A stretch of DNA of 64,000 nt, from the NCBI GenBank assembly GCA_965235115.1, contig OZ249447.1, positions 3,224,001-3,288,000 on the forward strand, in the 5' to 3' direction. Under the pieces are notes generated by a model, which ran no database searches, was not told the DNA's origin, and worked only from the letters and a program-made list of their open reading frames with translations. This stretch comes from Laetmonice hystrix (Eukaryota). Numbering within the stretch: the first letter of the stretch is position 1; each line of letters opens with the position of its first letter. Shown here in pieces: positions 32,583 to 46,812 of the stretch. The position numbers and the translations under genes were made by a program.

Positions 32583-35500
32583 CAGGTTTAGGAATAGTGA
32601 CAGATTTTTAGCTCCTCCAATCAGATTTTGTGTCGATGTTACCATGGAGACCTGGCCGTAGCCAATCCCAGGTAATTACCCCAGCCCTCTCTGCCCAATC
32701 ACTAGAAGCCGCACCACTGCCGTGTATTAAGGTGTGCAGTCGGCTTGGCCAAGGTTAATCACCATTAAGTCGACGTTATGGCGGCGTCCATTGCGACTTT
32801 GACCCATATATTAGCCAGGATCCCGGAATCTACGACCAATCCATCCTGGCTGTTAGTCAGACTCACCTGCAGTGGCAAGCCCTACAACCCACAGCTTCTC
32901 CAAACCCCTATGTTGTAAATTATACATCAGCCTGTTATGGTAGTCCTACCTGTGAGTGTTCCGGTATGTAATTATGTCAGACCCGGATAGAAATTTGGGA
33001 GAGGAGTGTTTCTGAAATACAGATCGCCAGGGTGATGTTGTGTGACTGGTGATTAGTTTGAATAGACAACAAAGCACTAAAATGACATGCAACATATCAT
33101 TATGCAAGTCATTATTTATTTAAAAGGAAATGAAAGTGAGATGGCTTTAAACATGCATTAATCAGGCCGTGTTGCTATTGGTGTCCTGATATTATGGACG
33201 CGGGGGAAGGGGGGGGGGCTGCAGGTCCATTCATGCTAAGTTAAAAGGTACCAATGCTATAACATATATTATTAGGTACAGGTCTTTGTTACTCTGTGAT
33301 GACTCAGTGTAAGAACTCAGGGACTTGGCGAACTCCAAGTGAACACGTGATGCTGGTTGTCATAGCGACAATGTGCAGATTGCTGCAGAATCCCACTTGG
33401 ATCCCACAGCAACAGATGACACTCTGACACGCAAAATAGTGATCGGGCTCCGATAAGTGGGACACCTGTGAAGGTTTACAGGTCGATGTAAAATACGGAT
33501 CGGGGTCGGACACGGACACAGGGACCGAGTGCGACCTACGACTTTACTCTCGGTTGTGGAGACAGCACTACGGTTGTTAGGACATATATAAAAGTGGTTA
33601 TTATCAGTTGAGTGACCCAAGGGTGTATCTATATGAGACAGGACCTCTCTGTGCTGTCGGTAATTGGTGAAAGTTCCAGTCGTTTTGACCGGTACGTTAG
33701 AGAGTTCTAAGTGGTTTCTTTGTTTAGTTGTAACGGGTTCCAACAAACGGAAGAGTACCGTAGTACATGTACAGACTTACACCTGTATCGTCACGAGTGA
33801 CCTTAGACAGGAGGGGGTGCCGACAGGAAACAGAACAGCCGCCAGGGAGGATACATTTCGGGATTTTGAGTATAGATATAGGATTTTAAAACTGTTGAAC
33901 TCAATGGAGGTGGTATTCCCTGATATTCTATCCAAGTCCAAGGTACTAGGTAATAGAGGTGCACGTCTACCCTGAGGACATCACCATGGCAACGCCCTCA
34001 TCCTGAGCCAAGGATTATTCCTTGTACTTGTACACCCCCCCCCCCGCTCCTCCTCAACATTTAAGTGAACATCAGTTAGATCTAAGATCCACTGCCTCAA
34101 CAGGAATTGTCCTTTGAAAAGTAGGCCTACTTTCTGAAAGGATGTGGGAGCATTGAAATTAAAGGCGAGCCAGGCTTTCAGTGTGATGTGAGCAAGGCCT
34201 TTGATGTGGTTGAGGGTGGAGCAGAGTTAACTAAAACTTGTGTCGGGGGCCATAGTTTGGTGGATGGTGTAGAGGAGGATGAAGGAGGTATTCATCAGTC
34301 ATGATGTTATCAGTGCTGTGGATCCTGTTGACATGAATGTTACACAAGTTGAAAGTGAGAGGATTCTATAGAGGGTTGGGAGTTGGGGGAAGGGGTGGTA
34401 CCCTGTGTGGTGTCCTTCAGTGATGGGTTGTGGCAACCATCATCCGTCACCTGTCGTCTGGTGGACCCCCACGCCCACCCTGGAGCTGCACAAAGTCCTT
34501 GAAAATGGCTGTATTATGGCTTCGGAGTTATGCTTTGGTATTTTTAGGACCCTTTAGCCTCTCAAAAAATAATAAAATTGAAAAATATAAAAAAATCAGT
34601 CATGTTCCCAGGTCTGTAAAGTTTTGGACGTATGCGACTTCAGTCTCTTCCACCCTTAATGAAATCCTTTCCGATGATGGACGGGCGTTCATTGTATGAG
34701 TGTAAAATGGCGTAATGACAGGTCGAAATGTTTAAAACCTACCCACCTTAGTCTGACAGATGTCTGTAATGCTGTCTACCACCCACAAACACTGCTATGA
34801 TAAATCTCTTCGTGTCGTTTATTGTCACTCTCAAGGGGGAAGAAACTTCTGGTGGAGACGAGCAAATTAGTATAATAGTATGGCATGTAAATGAGTGCTT
34901 GGTTTGTAACGAAAGTTCCAGGGTTTATTTTCCTTCGATGAAACACTGATGATTTCACAACGTGTAATAGGGTGCTGTATGTTAATATTATTGGCAATAA
35001 AAGACACAAAAGTAGCTCAGTAAGTGTCCGCATGACAAGGAGTCGTTCTCACGGAATACCTTCACAGAGCTATCAGTCCTAGTTCACACAGTGTCCTGCT
35101 GGGTGTACTGAGGACTTTAAAATATCATGGTGTGAGACCTTAATGTACAATTGTAACCCAGCCCCCATATCCCTCCCCTGAATACACACTGGTTATTAAC
35201 AAGTTAATCACAATGCTGGAAGGCGTCAGCAGGCCTCAATTAATGCTCATTACGGGGGTCATTAATGGTCAGTAGACCGGTCAGTCAGACAGTGCCCTGC
35301 CCAGTGTCAATCACCATCTGGGGTCGTTGTGCTGACCAGGCCTTGGTGTTGGTCATTTAGGTCGATAACCAACGTACAAACGTTATCATTGACAATGATC
35401 AGTGGGTCTACCTGTCCTGAGGTATGTAGGTATGGGTTACGCCCTCTGGCGGGTAAATGACGGGGAGAGGTTAAACATATACATCGTTTTCTCCTGACCC

Positions 35501-38500
35501 ATGTATATTTAGGTTGGGGGAGTGATTACAGTAGTTTGGTTTTATTGTATGTAGTCTCGCTAATTCCACCGAGCTCAGTTGGAAGCCGCCGTTTTATGTG
35601 ACCCAGGTCACCTTATATTTTATTCATTGACCAACAAAATGATGTCTGATGATTTTATTGGTTGTTGGCGACCAAGATAGGAATATTTTATTTGATTTTC
35701 ACCTTAGAACAGTTATTTTAGCTGCTATCTCTGTCCATTATCAAGTGTGGATCCTGATGGAATGTAGGGAAGTAGATTTTCTGATGCTATGATCTGATGT
35801 CGTTCACAGGTGTGAAATAGACAGATAAAAGCCAGGTTACCAAACCTATCCCCCACCTGGACATGCTGGTTGGCTGGCTGCCCTGGGCTGGGGTCGTTTA
35901 CCCTGCTCCATGGGGTACCAATAGACCACCGTACCTCCTTACCACAGTCCCTGCTGCACGTCATGTTCCCATCATCCCACTGGACACCCACCCATGGTGA
36001 ACCATTAGAGCCACACGTGGGGTATGGGTTTGAGGGGTACGGAAATAGGGTTCGGGAGAGATTAACCCTCAACACCGACAGCGTCATAAAACTTAACTTC
36101 CCCTCCGAAAGAAAATCTCAGGAATAGGTTTTCTTCACGAATTCTTCAGGAGACCAATTTGTTTACAGGGTAGCACTTGAACAAGTAGGCATAAAAAAAA
36201 AACAAATTGAAACTCATCCACTCGTGGGTGACTAAGTTAAGACAAATTTTCTGCAGAAGGGGGCTGCAGTGACGACCCCTAAGACATGTCCGTGAAACAA
36301 CCTATTAATACCGGAAGTATACAGTTCGGTGTTCTAGCGTTCGCAGGTGCGTGCCGAGCGTTCACGCCGAGATAATGTCGGACGGAATTGATCTAAACTT
36401 GGATTCCGTGATGTGGAGACTGTGTGGTCTCGGGAGGTGTGTGTGTGGGGGGGGGGGGGGGGTTCTCACAGTAATATTCCCACGGGTTGAGGGTAGGGGT
36501 GGGGAAGGGGAAGGGTTATAAGGGTACCAGAGATGGTGGTAGTAGAATGTCAAGATCTCTGGGGGTACGTTTTTAAGGAGGGTCTAAGGACCTAGAGGTT
36601 CGGTTTTAAGATGAGGTTTTGGCTGTCGGAATTTTGAGAGATATTTAATTTATACCACCTATGTTCGTAAAGAGGTTACCAGAGGGGATCGACCTACAGG
36701 AGAGCCGGGGCACACTGTCTCCTCCAGCGCTCCTCCAGCGCTCCTCCAGGGTGGAGATCGTCCGTGTAGTGACAACTCCGTGTCTGTACCACCTGTCCTA
36801 GTCGACATCTTCCCATCACCATGTCATCCAACCAATCTCAACCCTCCTGGTTACCAACTGACCACCAACCCCTCCTCCTGTCGCTCACACCCCCTCCTCC
36901 AGTACCGTGTGAACGGACGGCTAGAACCCCGGTGTCACAGTGGTAGGGCGGTCACTCACCATGTAACCCATGTTATGAGTGGGAGGGGTCGATTCCTGCT
37001 CTAGAGGTATGAGAGTGTATTCAGACACCAAACGGGGCCGAGAACTGAGGAATATTATTCTGACACAGAAGGAAGAATCCTGTTATCCTTTGATCCTGTA
37101 TGGGAATGTTGGATTTTGTTCTGATATTCAACATCTATAGGATGCCTTACTTGATAATAGCGGGGGTTGTCCCCAGGCTACATGTTAGACACATACAGGG
37201 CTACATATTGGTATATAGTACTGAAATAGTAGTTTAGAGATGTCAGGGTGAAACTTGAGACATTAATCTGGATTTCTAATTAGTAGTTCCCACCTTATCT
37301 CGCGTATACTTGGATTACTGGGGCGAGCCTGGGGCGGTTCATTAGGATAGACATCGAGTTAACAGTTGGATCAGGGTGCGGTCGAGGGTTTGACCCCAGG
37401 GTACAGATGCTAACATCACACCCCACTGGTGACGCTGATCACCATGGCAACTGGTCACGTGACACGCCGAGATTTGAGGTTTGGTGGGATTCCTTGGTCA
37501 CGTGGCCGACACGACCCCGCAGGGCCCCTACCCACAGCCCCTGACACCAAAGGGGGTCGGGATATTTTAATGACATTCCAAGGGTTGATTAGGGTCGTGG
37601 GGTTGATTAAATCATCCCTTCATCATCCACATGGGGCCTGTCAAAGCATCCATATATCCATCAGTGAAATCCATTGAACATCCTTCATCGGACCCCTGAA
37701 AAAAGAGGAGGACACACATTTTTAACATGACATTCACTCGTACTCTGTCTTCAGCATTGCCAGACTATCGGCCGACAGAAATAATCGGCTTATCATTGAT
37801 GCGTTTAAAATATTGTCTTTTAGAACCTCATTTCCTGGAGCCTTTCCCATGGTTGTAGTTGGGGTAATACATTCTGCTCACGTTTGAGTAATTCTTAGAT
37901 CCCACAGATGTGGGGGGTAGGTTTAACAGCCGTGGGAGTGCTGTGTGCTGATTGGTCGGCTTCTACCACCAGGAGGCGCTGTGAGACGCCGATAAGTGGC
38001 GTCCTTTGTGAAGACACACGCCGGTCACCGGGCCGAGTCAAGTTTTGTTTGACCCCCTCGGTCAAAGATCAAAGATGTTTAGTATTAAACTTGGCCGCTA
38101 GGTGGTGCGGCGATCATTGTACGGGATAGTAGTCTGATGGAGAAATGTTCCTTTCCAAGTTTAAAGGTCTTTGATAATCGAGGCTAATCTTAAATTCCAA
38201 CATCAATGCCATGGAGAACAACAGCCTTTTCTTTTAATTAATGTGAGGAACTTTATTTCAAGCTTTTAACGCCTGAAAATATATCCATTGTGAAACTTTA
38301 GATCGTAATTTTCTGTATTCAGTTGTAAATCAGAATGGTTTGACAGTCACACGTCCCGTTACCTTGGTGATCTTTGGCTGCAGTGACTGGGTACGGGAAG
38401 GGTTGGGATGGTTACGGAGAGGGGTAGGGTGACCCATATCTACAGGGGAGGGTTGGGACGACGCCCCCTGTCTACCTTTACAGATGTCGGCCAGCTGTTG

Positions 38501-39710
38501 CCTGGTGGCAGGAAGATCAAAGACCAGCTGTTTGGGTCAGCGTCCCCACGCCCTCGTCTAATGACGGACTAATGAACGTCGCGGCACTGGGCTGAACATT
38601 TCACACAAAGGATGTAAGTGTCTGGTTGGAGGACCATCATCTAGGCTACATTAATGTATTATTGGGTGGGGGGGGGGCATCCGGGAAGGCTAACATGGAA
38701 GGAATGCAGAGAATCCAGGAAAAGTATGATTTGAAAGTGAAAAGGAAAAGGGGCAAAAGTCATATAGAACCTGGGTCCATTCCCTCGTGATCTACTGCTG
38801 CTGGGCTGACTGCATGCTTGTGTCACATATCGTCTACTTGTTAAGTTGTTTCTGTCACGGTGAAGTTTTATAAGGATGTTGTAAGCGGTATGTGGTAAAG
38901 TTTGTTTTACACAAGCTGTGTGTCAGTGACAGGGAGTTTGGGTTGAGACTACCATGTGTCAACATCTCCAGTCTGTTGGTGCCTGTTGATGAGCGGTGTC
39001 AATGATCCTGATCACTCCACCAGACCACTCTCAGACACTGCTCCCATTGTCTCCCCCTCGTCTGCAGTCCTCCAGGGGTCAGGGGTTAAATCAACCAGAC
39101 ACAGGGTCCTGACACCTTACAGTAGGAGGGTGAGGATGGACTGATAATGAGGTGTAACGACCAAACCAGACCGTGTAACCACTGGCTATGGAAATCACAG
39201 GGAAAAGGGTAAAAAACAACCAGAAGTTTGAGACCATTCAGATGAAAGATTGCGACAGTGCTGGTGATGTAATGGGTCCATTATTTAAGGGCAGTGGTAG
39301 TATTCACCTATTGTATTGGCTAGTATATTTTGTGTATGAATGTATTGATTGGTGATAGTGTGGGAGGGGGAACTAGTAGACTTCCACTGTGTATAGTGAC
39401 AGATCCTACCACGGTTACAGCTCTACCAGCTCTATCTGAGCCAGATGAACGTCTCCTCTAGAGACGAGTACCAGTAACAGGTATGGATGGCCGGGTGATA
39501 TGATAGGATTCTAGAAGCCATGGATAATGTGACTTTCACACGCTGGATTCCTGGAGTGACAGCACTTGGTTAGCAGCCAGCACTCCCTGAGGTTTGGTAG
39601 TCATGATTTAATCACAATAAACGGGGGAGATTATGTTGTGCCGGCCTTGGGCTGCAGTGAGTCTTTATTCGATTGATTTATCACTGGCTGGCATGAAACT
39701 TAGAGCGGAC

Positions 39711-40014
39711 TTGTCTGCAGGTGGTGAATGCCGTCCGTCTCCAGAAGGTTGTTTGTCTGCAGGTCGTGTATGCCTCCGTCAGCAGGAGGGGGTTTGTCTG
39801 CAGGTCGTGTAGGCCTCCGTCAGCAAGAGGGGGGTTGTTTGCAGGTCGTGTATGCCGTCCGTCAGCAGGAGGCGGTTTGTCTGCAGGAGGTTTATGCCTC
39901 CGTCAGCAGGAGGCAGTTTGTCTACAGGTCGTGTATGCCGTCCGTCAGCAGGAGACAGTTTGTCTGCAGGTCGTGTATGCCTCCGTCAGCAGGAGACAGT
40001 TTGTCTGCAGGAGG
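39711..40014. repeat. 41-bp minisatellite, about 7 copies
   Basis: GTTTGTCTGCAGGTCGTGTATGCCTCCGTCAGCAGGAGGCG units (39751, 39792...). Confidence 0.93.
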
Positions 40015-43000
40015 TAGAGTCTGCCAACATCTATAGACGGTATGAGAGATCGGTATGTCCTCAGGTGGATCAACAGGAGTCCTCCACACGTACAGTGGAA
40101 CCTGTTGGACCTCAGCCAGGGCACCTGGTCATTGCTCACACTCAGTTTATTACCTGGAGGGAATGTCTGTCACACCGGGTGGTCCACTTTAGGGCTACAC
40201 TGCCGCTGAGATCATCGGGGGAATTTTCTTTGTTTTTTAAACGTCGCTTTTTCAGAAGAACCCCTGAAAACAGAAGGGGAAAAAGTCAAATGTTCAATAT
40301 TGGTTGTTAAGGATTTGACTGTTTGGCCTGAGGCATCGCTGTTGACATTTCCAGTTGAGATTACCTTTCTGATTGGTTAGAGATGGCATTGATGTCCTCA
40401 GGGGTTAAAAGGAATGTTGTTTAAGGCAGGACGCACCTGTAAACACAAACTCTATCTTTAAAAAGCGTAGTATGGTGTGTTGGTTAATGTAAATTGGAAT
40501 AGATAATTGGTGGCTGAAACAATTTAAACATCAGGCAATGAGCCCAGGAAACAATTGTCTAAATTTGTATATTTTTAGAAATGTTGACATTCAAGTTATT
40601 ATGAACCAAATTGCATTCAATGTTTTAATTAGAGTAACTCAGAGATTAGCCTGGGATAATTAGGGTATAATCAGTGTCAAACTGTCGCTCATCACATTGG
40701 GCCGCAGTAATCAGGATGAAAAGTTCAATTATCCAACAAGTGATCTGTTAATCTCATGTAAACCACCTACACCTGGAGATAAAGATCACAGACTCGCCTC
40801 CGAGTTCGATGGATTAACGGATTAATGACAGAAAGGCAATCGGTGATTCACTTCATTGGGCGGTAATTTACATTGGAAATCTCTCTGTCACCGATTTGTT
40901 CTGGGTTTATTCTGATTAATGGTAATGTATCTATTTCACAATTACTCCATGTATTTTTGTACCAGTTGATCACACTGTCATCTCTACTAATACAAGAACC
41001 ATCAAGGTCAGATCAGATCCATGGCCAAACACTTATTGAAAGATGATGATCTGAGCTCGCCTCATGAAACGTCCAGGTATTGGAGGTATATCATCACAGC
41101 CAATCAGAAGTGATAAGCTTGAGCTTAAGCAAGATCTTAAGTTTTTACCAACTTGGCCCTGTACAGGTATCTTAATTCCATCGCTGTGAAGTGTTTCAAT
41201 AACACAGTGGTCATCTGAATCTATACAACAGGGTTCCCATCGTACCATGACATCAAACATTCAATTGCCTTCAGAAATTGGTGAGGTCTTTTGAATAGCA
41301 AACATTGCCCAGCGTTGTTAAATTGAAATCAGTTAAGCCAAGTTAGAAATACAATCTTGTTAGCAGGTGCTCTTTGTAGTTTAGATTGCCGTATCCATGA
41401 AAAGATCAGAGGAGATGCCCCGTCCAGTACTATTGAAAACCATGGTGAAGTGTGAAAATACCCTTGATTGCCCTTTAGCTGAAGAAGTGCAGCATAGCCA
41501 ACTTGGAGAGTCTACTTTGTAGTGAGTAGCAATCCCATTACGCCTGATCGTTTAATGAGGTGTGAGACACATGGTTACCTGACAGGAGGAGATCAAAGGG
41601 AAAGGCCAGGTGAGGGAATGAGTGACCAGCAGGTGTGACTCAGGAACCACTGATCACAGAGACCTCCGTGTTACCACCAGGCGGTTGGACCGACTCACTG
41701 ACAGACTTTGTCGTGATTGATGAAGTAATCAAACTGATAACTTACCCTCATTAACAATCCACAGGGTCCAGGGGTTGGAATAATTACCAGCGGCATACAG
41801 CTGCTGGTTTATTGTCTATCGTGGGGGCAATGGCCGGGTGGAGACACTGGACATCGCTGTCAAAGTTTGGTCAATCAGAATCCGTCTTGTCAATGTCAGC
41901 AAGCGATTCCTGGAACCTTGTCTGTGGATCAAGAAAGTGGGCAGTTGAGTTATATATTATGTCAAAGATTAGTGTGTAAAGGGTTTCCAGGTTCGGTCCG
42001 AGTAGATACATGATGTAATGTGTGACATTGTGCCGATACGGTGACGACAGGCAGTTGGAGGACTGTATAGTCAGACTGTAGCCAGAAATAAAGGCTGTAA
42101 TTGGATATCCACCGTTCAGGTCGGCCTCTCTATGGTATTGGTTTTGTTAGAATGACGTGGTGATTGTTTAACCACCAAATGCAACATCTTTCCAACTGAC
42201 TAGATTAGTGTCAAAGAAACCTGAGCCCTCTGAAACCAACATGTTTTGTCGTGTGGAGTAATAGAGAGAAGCATTGCCCTCGAATAGCAACAGGTTTCGC
42301 GGGGTGTCGGCTGATATAGCGATGGTGCAGTGTTTCGTGTCCACTGGCAGTGTCAAGCAGAGCGACCGGCTGACAACAAAAGGTGGCTGGTCTCCAGGTG
42401 GACGCTATCCGGAACGGGCCTCTCAGAAAAAGAGGTCAGTAAGGGAGGTCTCTTCAGTTTCCGGTCAGGCAGGCGTGACAAAGCTGACCGCCCCCGTCCC
42501 CCCGGGGCCTGGGCCTGGCCTGCCGCCGGCGGGGGCCTGGGGGCCGGGCGGGCATTAGAAAGCTGCCGATACAAATGGAATGGGGAAAGTGAAAAGGACC
42601 TGGAGCTGTTTATACCTACTTGATTGCCTTGACTACACCAGGGGGCCCTAAAGAACAGCGGTATCGATGGAATGGGCATGTGTAGACAGACCTACTCTAT
42701 GGTTTAAAGGAATGTGAGAGACACGGGACATCTAAGTGTGATCTACCTTGACTTAGTCATTTATCATTATGGAACATTGAATTGAGTATTGAAGGAAAGA
42801 CGGAAAGAACCAATTTTTAGAAGATGGTGGTAAGGAATTTTTCAAGACACACAGAAACTCCGAATTAACTTTAAATTGGATGTTTGGACCGTAACAGGAC
42901 ATCAGGGTAGCTTGATAACTCTTTAGTTCACTGAAATAACAGACTGAGATTAGAGATTCAGATCTCGATCACTTATACACTGCCATACAAAGTGGGATTA

Positions 43001-43070
43001 GATCCAATAGACGGACGTCTAGATGTATTGTTAAACTAACCCAGGAAAACATTTCTACTACCAGATTAAA

Positions 43071-43230
43071 CGTGTCACCCAATCTGGAGGTGGATTGGAT
43101 TTACTGTAAACGTATCACCCTATCCGGAGGTGGATTGGATTTACTGTAACCGTATCACCCTATCCGGAGGTGGATTGGATTTACTGTAACGTATCACCCT
43201 ATCCAGAGGTAGATTGGATTCACTGTAACG
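43071..43230. repeat. About 40-bp repeat, 4 copies
   Basis: CGTATCACCCTATCCGGAGGTGGATTGGATTTACTGTAA units. Confidence 0.9.
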
Positions 43231-43384
43231 TCCTCACACACATTATAGATAAGCCAACCTTTTTGTTGTGGCGTTGAGATAAGCTACCAGCAGGTGCTCT
43301 GGTTGGGGATCACCTTCCTGTTTGTGGCAAGTATTGTTCGTTCACCAGAGACTGGGGAACCGCGACAAAGACAACCAATGGCCA

Positions 43385-43565
43385 CTGTAGTATTATATTT
43401 TACAGTCTCCCGTAAACAATGGTGGAAGTGTATGCGACTGCTATATTTTACGGTCTCCCGTAATGGTGGAAGTGTACCCGACTGTTATATTTTACAGTCT
43501 CCCGTAAACAATGGTGGAAGGGTATGCGACTGTTATATTTTACGGACTCCCGTAAAGAATGGTGG
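43385..43565. repeat. 45-49-bp repeat, 4 copies
   Basis: TATATTTTACAGTCTCCCGTAAACAATGGTGGAAG units. Confidence 0.88.
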
Positions 43566-44140
43566 GATTATATATACTAGTGTTTATGGATATCGTGATG
43601 ACAGTTAGAGCCTCCCCAACCCTGGTTATTGATTATGGTGGTAGAGGGTGCGGATGTAACGTTGTATTGTATTGTCTACTGCCCTATATGAGTGTGGCCC
43701 AATAGGAGCGCAGTCAGACAACCCATGGTAATTGGTGGTCATTAAAGGTGTTATATAACTCATGAAACTTTGAGGGTTTGATGCGGTGTGTTCAAACTGT
43801 CAGCTAGTGACAGAACGTGGTAGGGGGACTTACTGTTGTATACAGTTGAACAATAGTGCTGTCCAACAAAAGGCAGATGTCAGCATTGTTTGGTTGGGGT
43901 GTACATTACTGAGCCCTGACTGAGGTGTGATAACAAGTTGTGACCGAGCACGGATTATGTCATTGTATCGTGGGGAATGGTAACAACTGAATACACGAGG
44001 CCGCTGTGGTACGACCATTATGTACTCAGCTTTGTCTCAGCAGTCCTGCATTGGAATTTAACAAACAAAATGGCAACTACGTTATGTGTCGCTCTGGGGT
44101 CAGAGAGACGCGGTAGTTGTCTCAAAATGATCGACACCTT

Positions 44141-44354
44141 CTTGAGGTCATTACCTGTGGGTAGTAACTAATAACTCAGCTGTAGGGTTAGCATGTTGGC
44201 AGGAAGGGTGCAGTTAGTGTTAGGGGTCCATGAACTGTTAACTTTGTCTTGAGGTCATTACCTGTGGGCAGTAACTAATAACTCAGCTGTAGGGGTAGCA
44301 TGTTGGCAGGAAGGGTGCAGTTAGTGTTAGGGGTCCATGAACTGTTAACTTTGT
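44141..44354. repeat. 107-bp tandem duplication
   Basis: CTTGAGGTCATTACCTGTGG... at 44141 and 44248. Confidence 0.92.
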
Positions 44355-46123
44355 TCATGTGGTCTGGACTGATTGACCGTTACTGACAGGGGTGCCCAGC
44401 CACCAGAACTAAGTACGTGGGAGATTGCTCTGTTGGGTGGCCAAGGAGTCATGAATCATGCTTTGTTACATGCGACATGGCAATAATGGGATCATAAGTA
44501 ACATGTCAGTGGGATGACCTTGGGGTCATGGGTCACAGGTCACTCATCAACAGGTGCGTGATGTATACCCCCTAGAGACCGAGGAGGTCAGAAGGCAGAA
44601 ATAGGTACATAATTGGGGAAAAACGGCACTGCAAGAGGAGCGTCTTCCCGTCCCATCATCAGCATACCTTGGGTCGTTTTACATGCCGGGTATAGGTTAG
44701 TGGGCATTAAGTTTGGAAATTGAGAGCCTACATGCTTTATGGCCAAATGGGGATTTTTATAAGATACATCTGCGGATAGTGTGGGAGGGTCTGTGTCGGT
44801 ACTCGGGGACCGTTTCACAATCAGCGATGGTCCATCAGAACGGCGACGGACAGTCTGCCACCTAGTTGGGGGGCCTGGTATTTTAGGTTCTTCGCGGATC
44901 CGATCATTTGTGAAACGACCCCCTTGCCCAGCACTGAGCAGTGTAGGTGTTGCCTGGTGGTGGTGGTGGCCGGTGGTGGTGGCCGGTGGTGCGGGAGACG
45001 TCAGTCACGTACCATCAGTCTCACTAGTGTCCCTCTCCCCCTCCCAGTTCGGTGAGAGGATTACCCTCCGTACACCACCCACCTCCTCAGTGAGAGATGT
45101 CCCGCCGTGAGGTGTGACAGGTAGACAAGGTGGGACATCTGTCACACCTGTCTACCCAGCTCATCAATACCAACGTTACCTGAGGAACTCCCGGCAAATT
45201 CTGACACGTCATGCGGTCTCAAACATCATTTTGTTTTATTTATTTATTCTTCACACAATATCATGTAAGAATATCTTGCCTGTCTCTGGTAGAATTTGTT
45301 TGACGTTTCCTATTAATTTGGAATGACCCTTTTTTAAAGTCCCACATCATGTAAACGTTTAAAATCACGGAGGATCAATTTGTTGCCACTATTGGGTTTG
45401 TTTTTGCCCGGCCTTGTTAATGTAAAAACCAGTAAGCTGTAGGTAGATGTACAGTGGGGTTGTCTGAGGACGGCAGGCAGCCTGGGTGGCCCAGTTGATC
45501 CCCTAGACTTTTTCAAATCTTACTAACGGCCGGCAGCCATTTGATGTCAGTTGTATTTAACGTGTGATTTCACTGAGGCAAGCACCGAATGGTTGACACA
45601 TTTCAGCACGAGACTTTTTGAGCTGTTTGGGATGCCAAGATGCCAGATATTTTCATTTGCTCTGTGTGTTTCTTACATAGCCTACACCACTAAGGGCAGC
45701 AGTTTGTCCGGTCCCTGGCCTTAAATTAGAATTGCTACTTATTTGGTGAAATGTGGAATTGATCGAATGGAAGTTTATTGATGATTGTCTATGGGAAACA
45801 GGTGGAATTTTGGGAGGAACGAAATAATGCATCATGTGAAGTGTATTGATACATGTATTTTGGATGTCTTGGCCTTGAATGGTTGTATCATGTATTCTCT
45901 ATCCAATGAAAAGTTGTTTATACCAAGTGTAATTCCATCTGCGGCCGTTAAATGTAGTTTTTATGTTTTACTACATGTTCGTGGCACATTCAAGTTAAAA
46001 AAAACCAGCCTGGGTTGTTATTGAGAAGAGGGGAGGTGCAGGCGGTCTGCCTGTACACCGCGGTCTGAGCAACGTTACCAGCCACACAGAGCGGGACTCA
46101 TGGACCCTGGCCCTCCCCAGAGA

Positions 46124-46812
46124 GGTACATGGGTCGTGGCTGGCAGTCTTAGGGCCGACTCCTAGCCGGGATACACGGGTCTTGGCTGGCAGCCTCAGGG
46201 CTGACTCCTAGCCGGGGTACACGGGTCGTGGCTGGCAGCCTCAGGGCCGACTGCTAGCCGGGGTACATGGGTCGTGGCTGGCAGCCTCAAGGCCGACTCC
46301 TAGCCGGGGTACACGGGTCGTGGCTGGCAGCCTCAGGGCCAACTCCTAGCCGGGGTACACGGGTCGTGGCTGGCAGCCTCAAGGCCGACTCCTAGCCGGG
46401 GTACACGGGTCGTGGCTGGCAGCCTCAGGGCCGACTCCTAGCCGGGGTACACGGGTCGTGGCTGGCAGCCTCAGGGCTGACTCCTAGCCGGGGTACACGG
46501 GTCGTGGCTGGCAGCCTCAGAGCCGACTCCTAGCCGGGGTACACGGGTCGTGGCTGGCAGCCTCAGGGCCGACTCCTAGCCAGGGTACACGGGTCGTGGC
46601 TGGCAGTCTCAGGGCCGACTCCTAGCCGGGGTACACGGGTCGTGGCTGGCAGCCTCAGGGCCGACTCCTAGCCGGGGTACACGGGTCGTGGCTGGCAGCC
46701 TCAGGGCCGACTCCTAGCCGGGGTACATGGGTCGTGGCTGGCAGTCTCAGGGCCGACTCCTAGCCGGGGTACACGGGTCGTGGCTGGCAGCCTCAGGGCC
46801 GACTCCTAGCCG
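46124..46812. repeat. 46-bp GC-rich minisatellite, 15 copies
   Basis: GGGTACACGGGTCGTGGCTGGCAGCCTCAGGGCCGACTCCTAGCCG. Confidence 0.97.

Noticed and set aside
37318-37405. Possible tRNA-derived SINE head (A/B-box-like)
   Set aside because: Boxes are degenerate, no cloverleaf, and no second copy in the window; the same applies to a SINE-like tail near 885-1050
41030-41560. Coding-like decayed sequence (possible transposase or endonuclease relic)
   Set aside because: Manual translation of several frames gave many stops and no convincing motif
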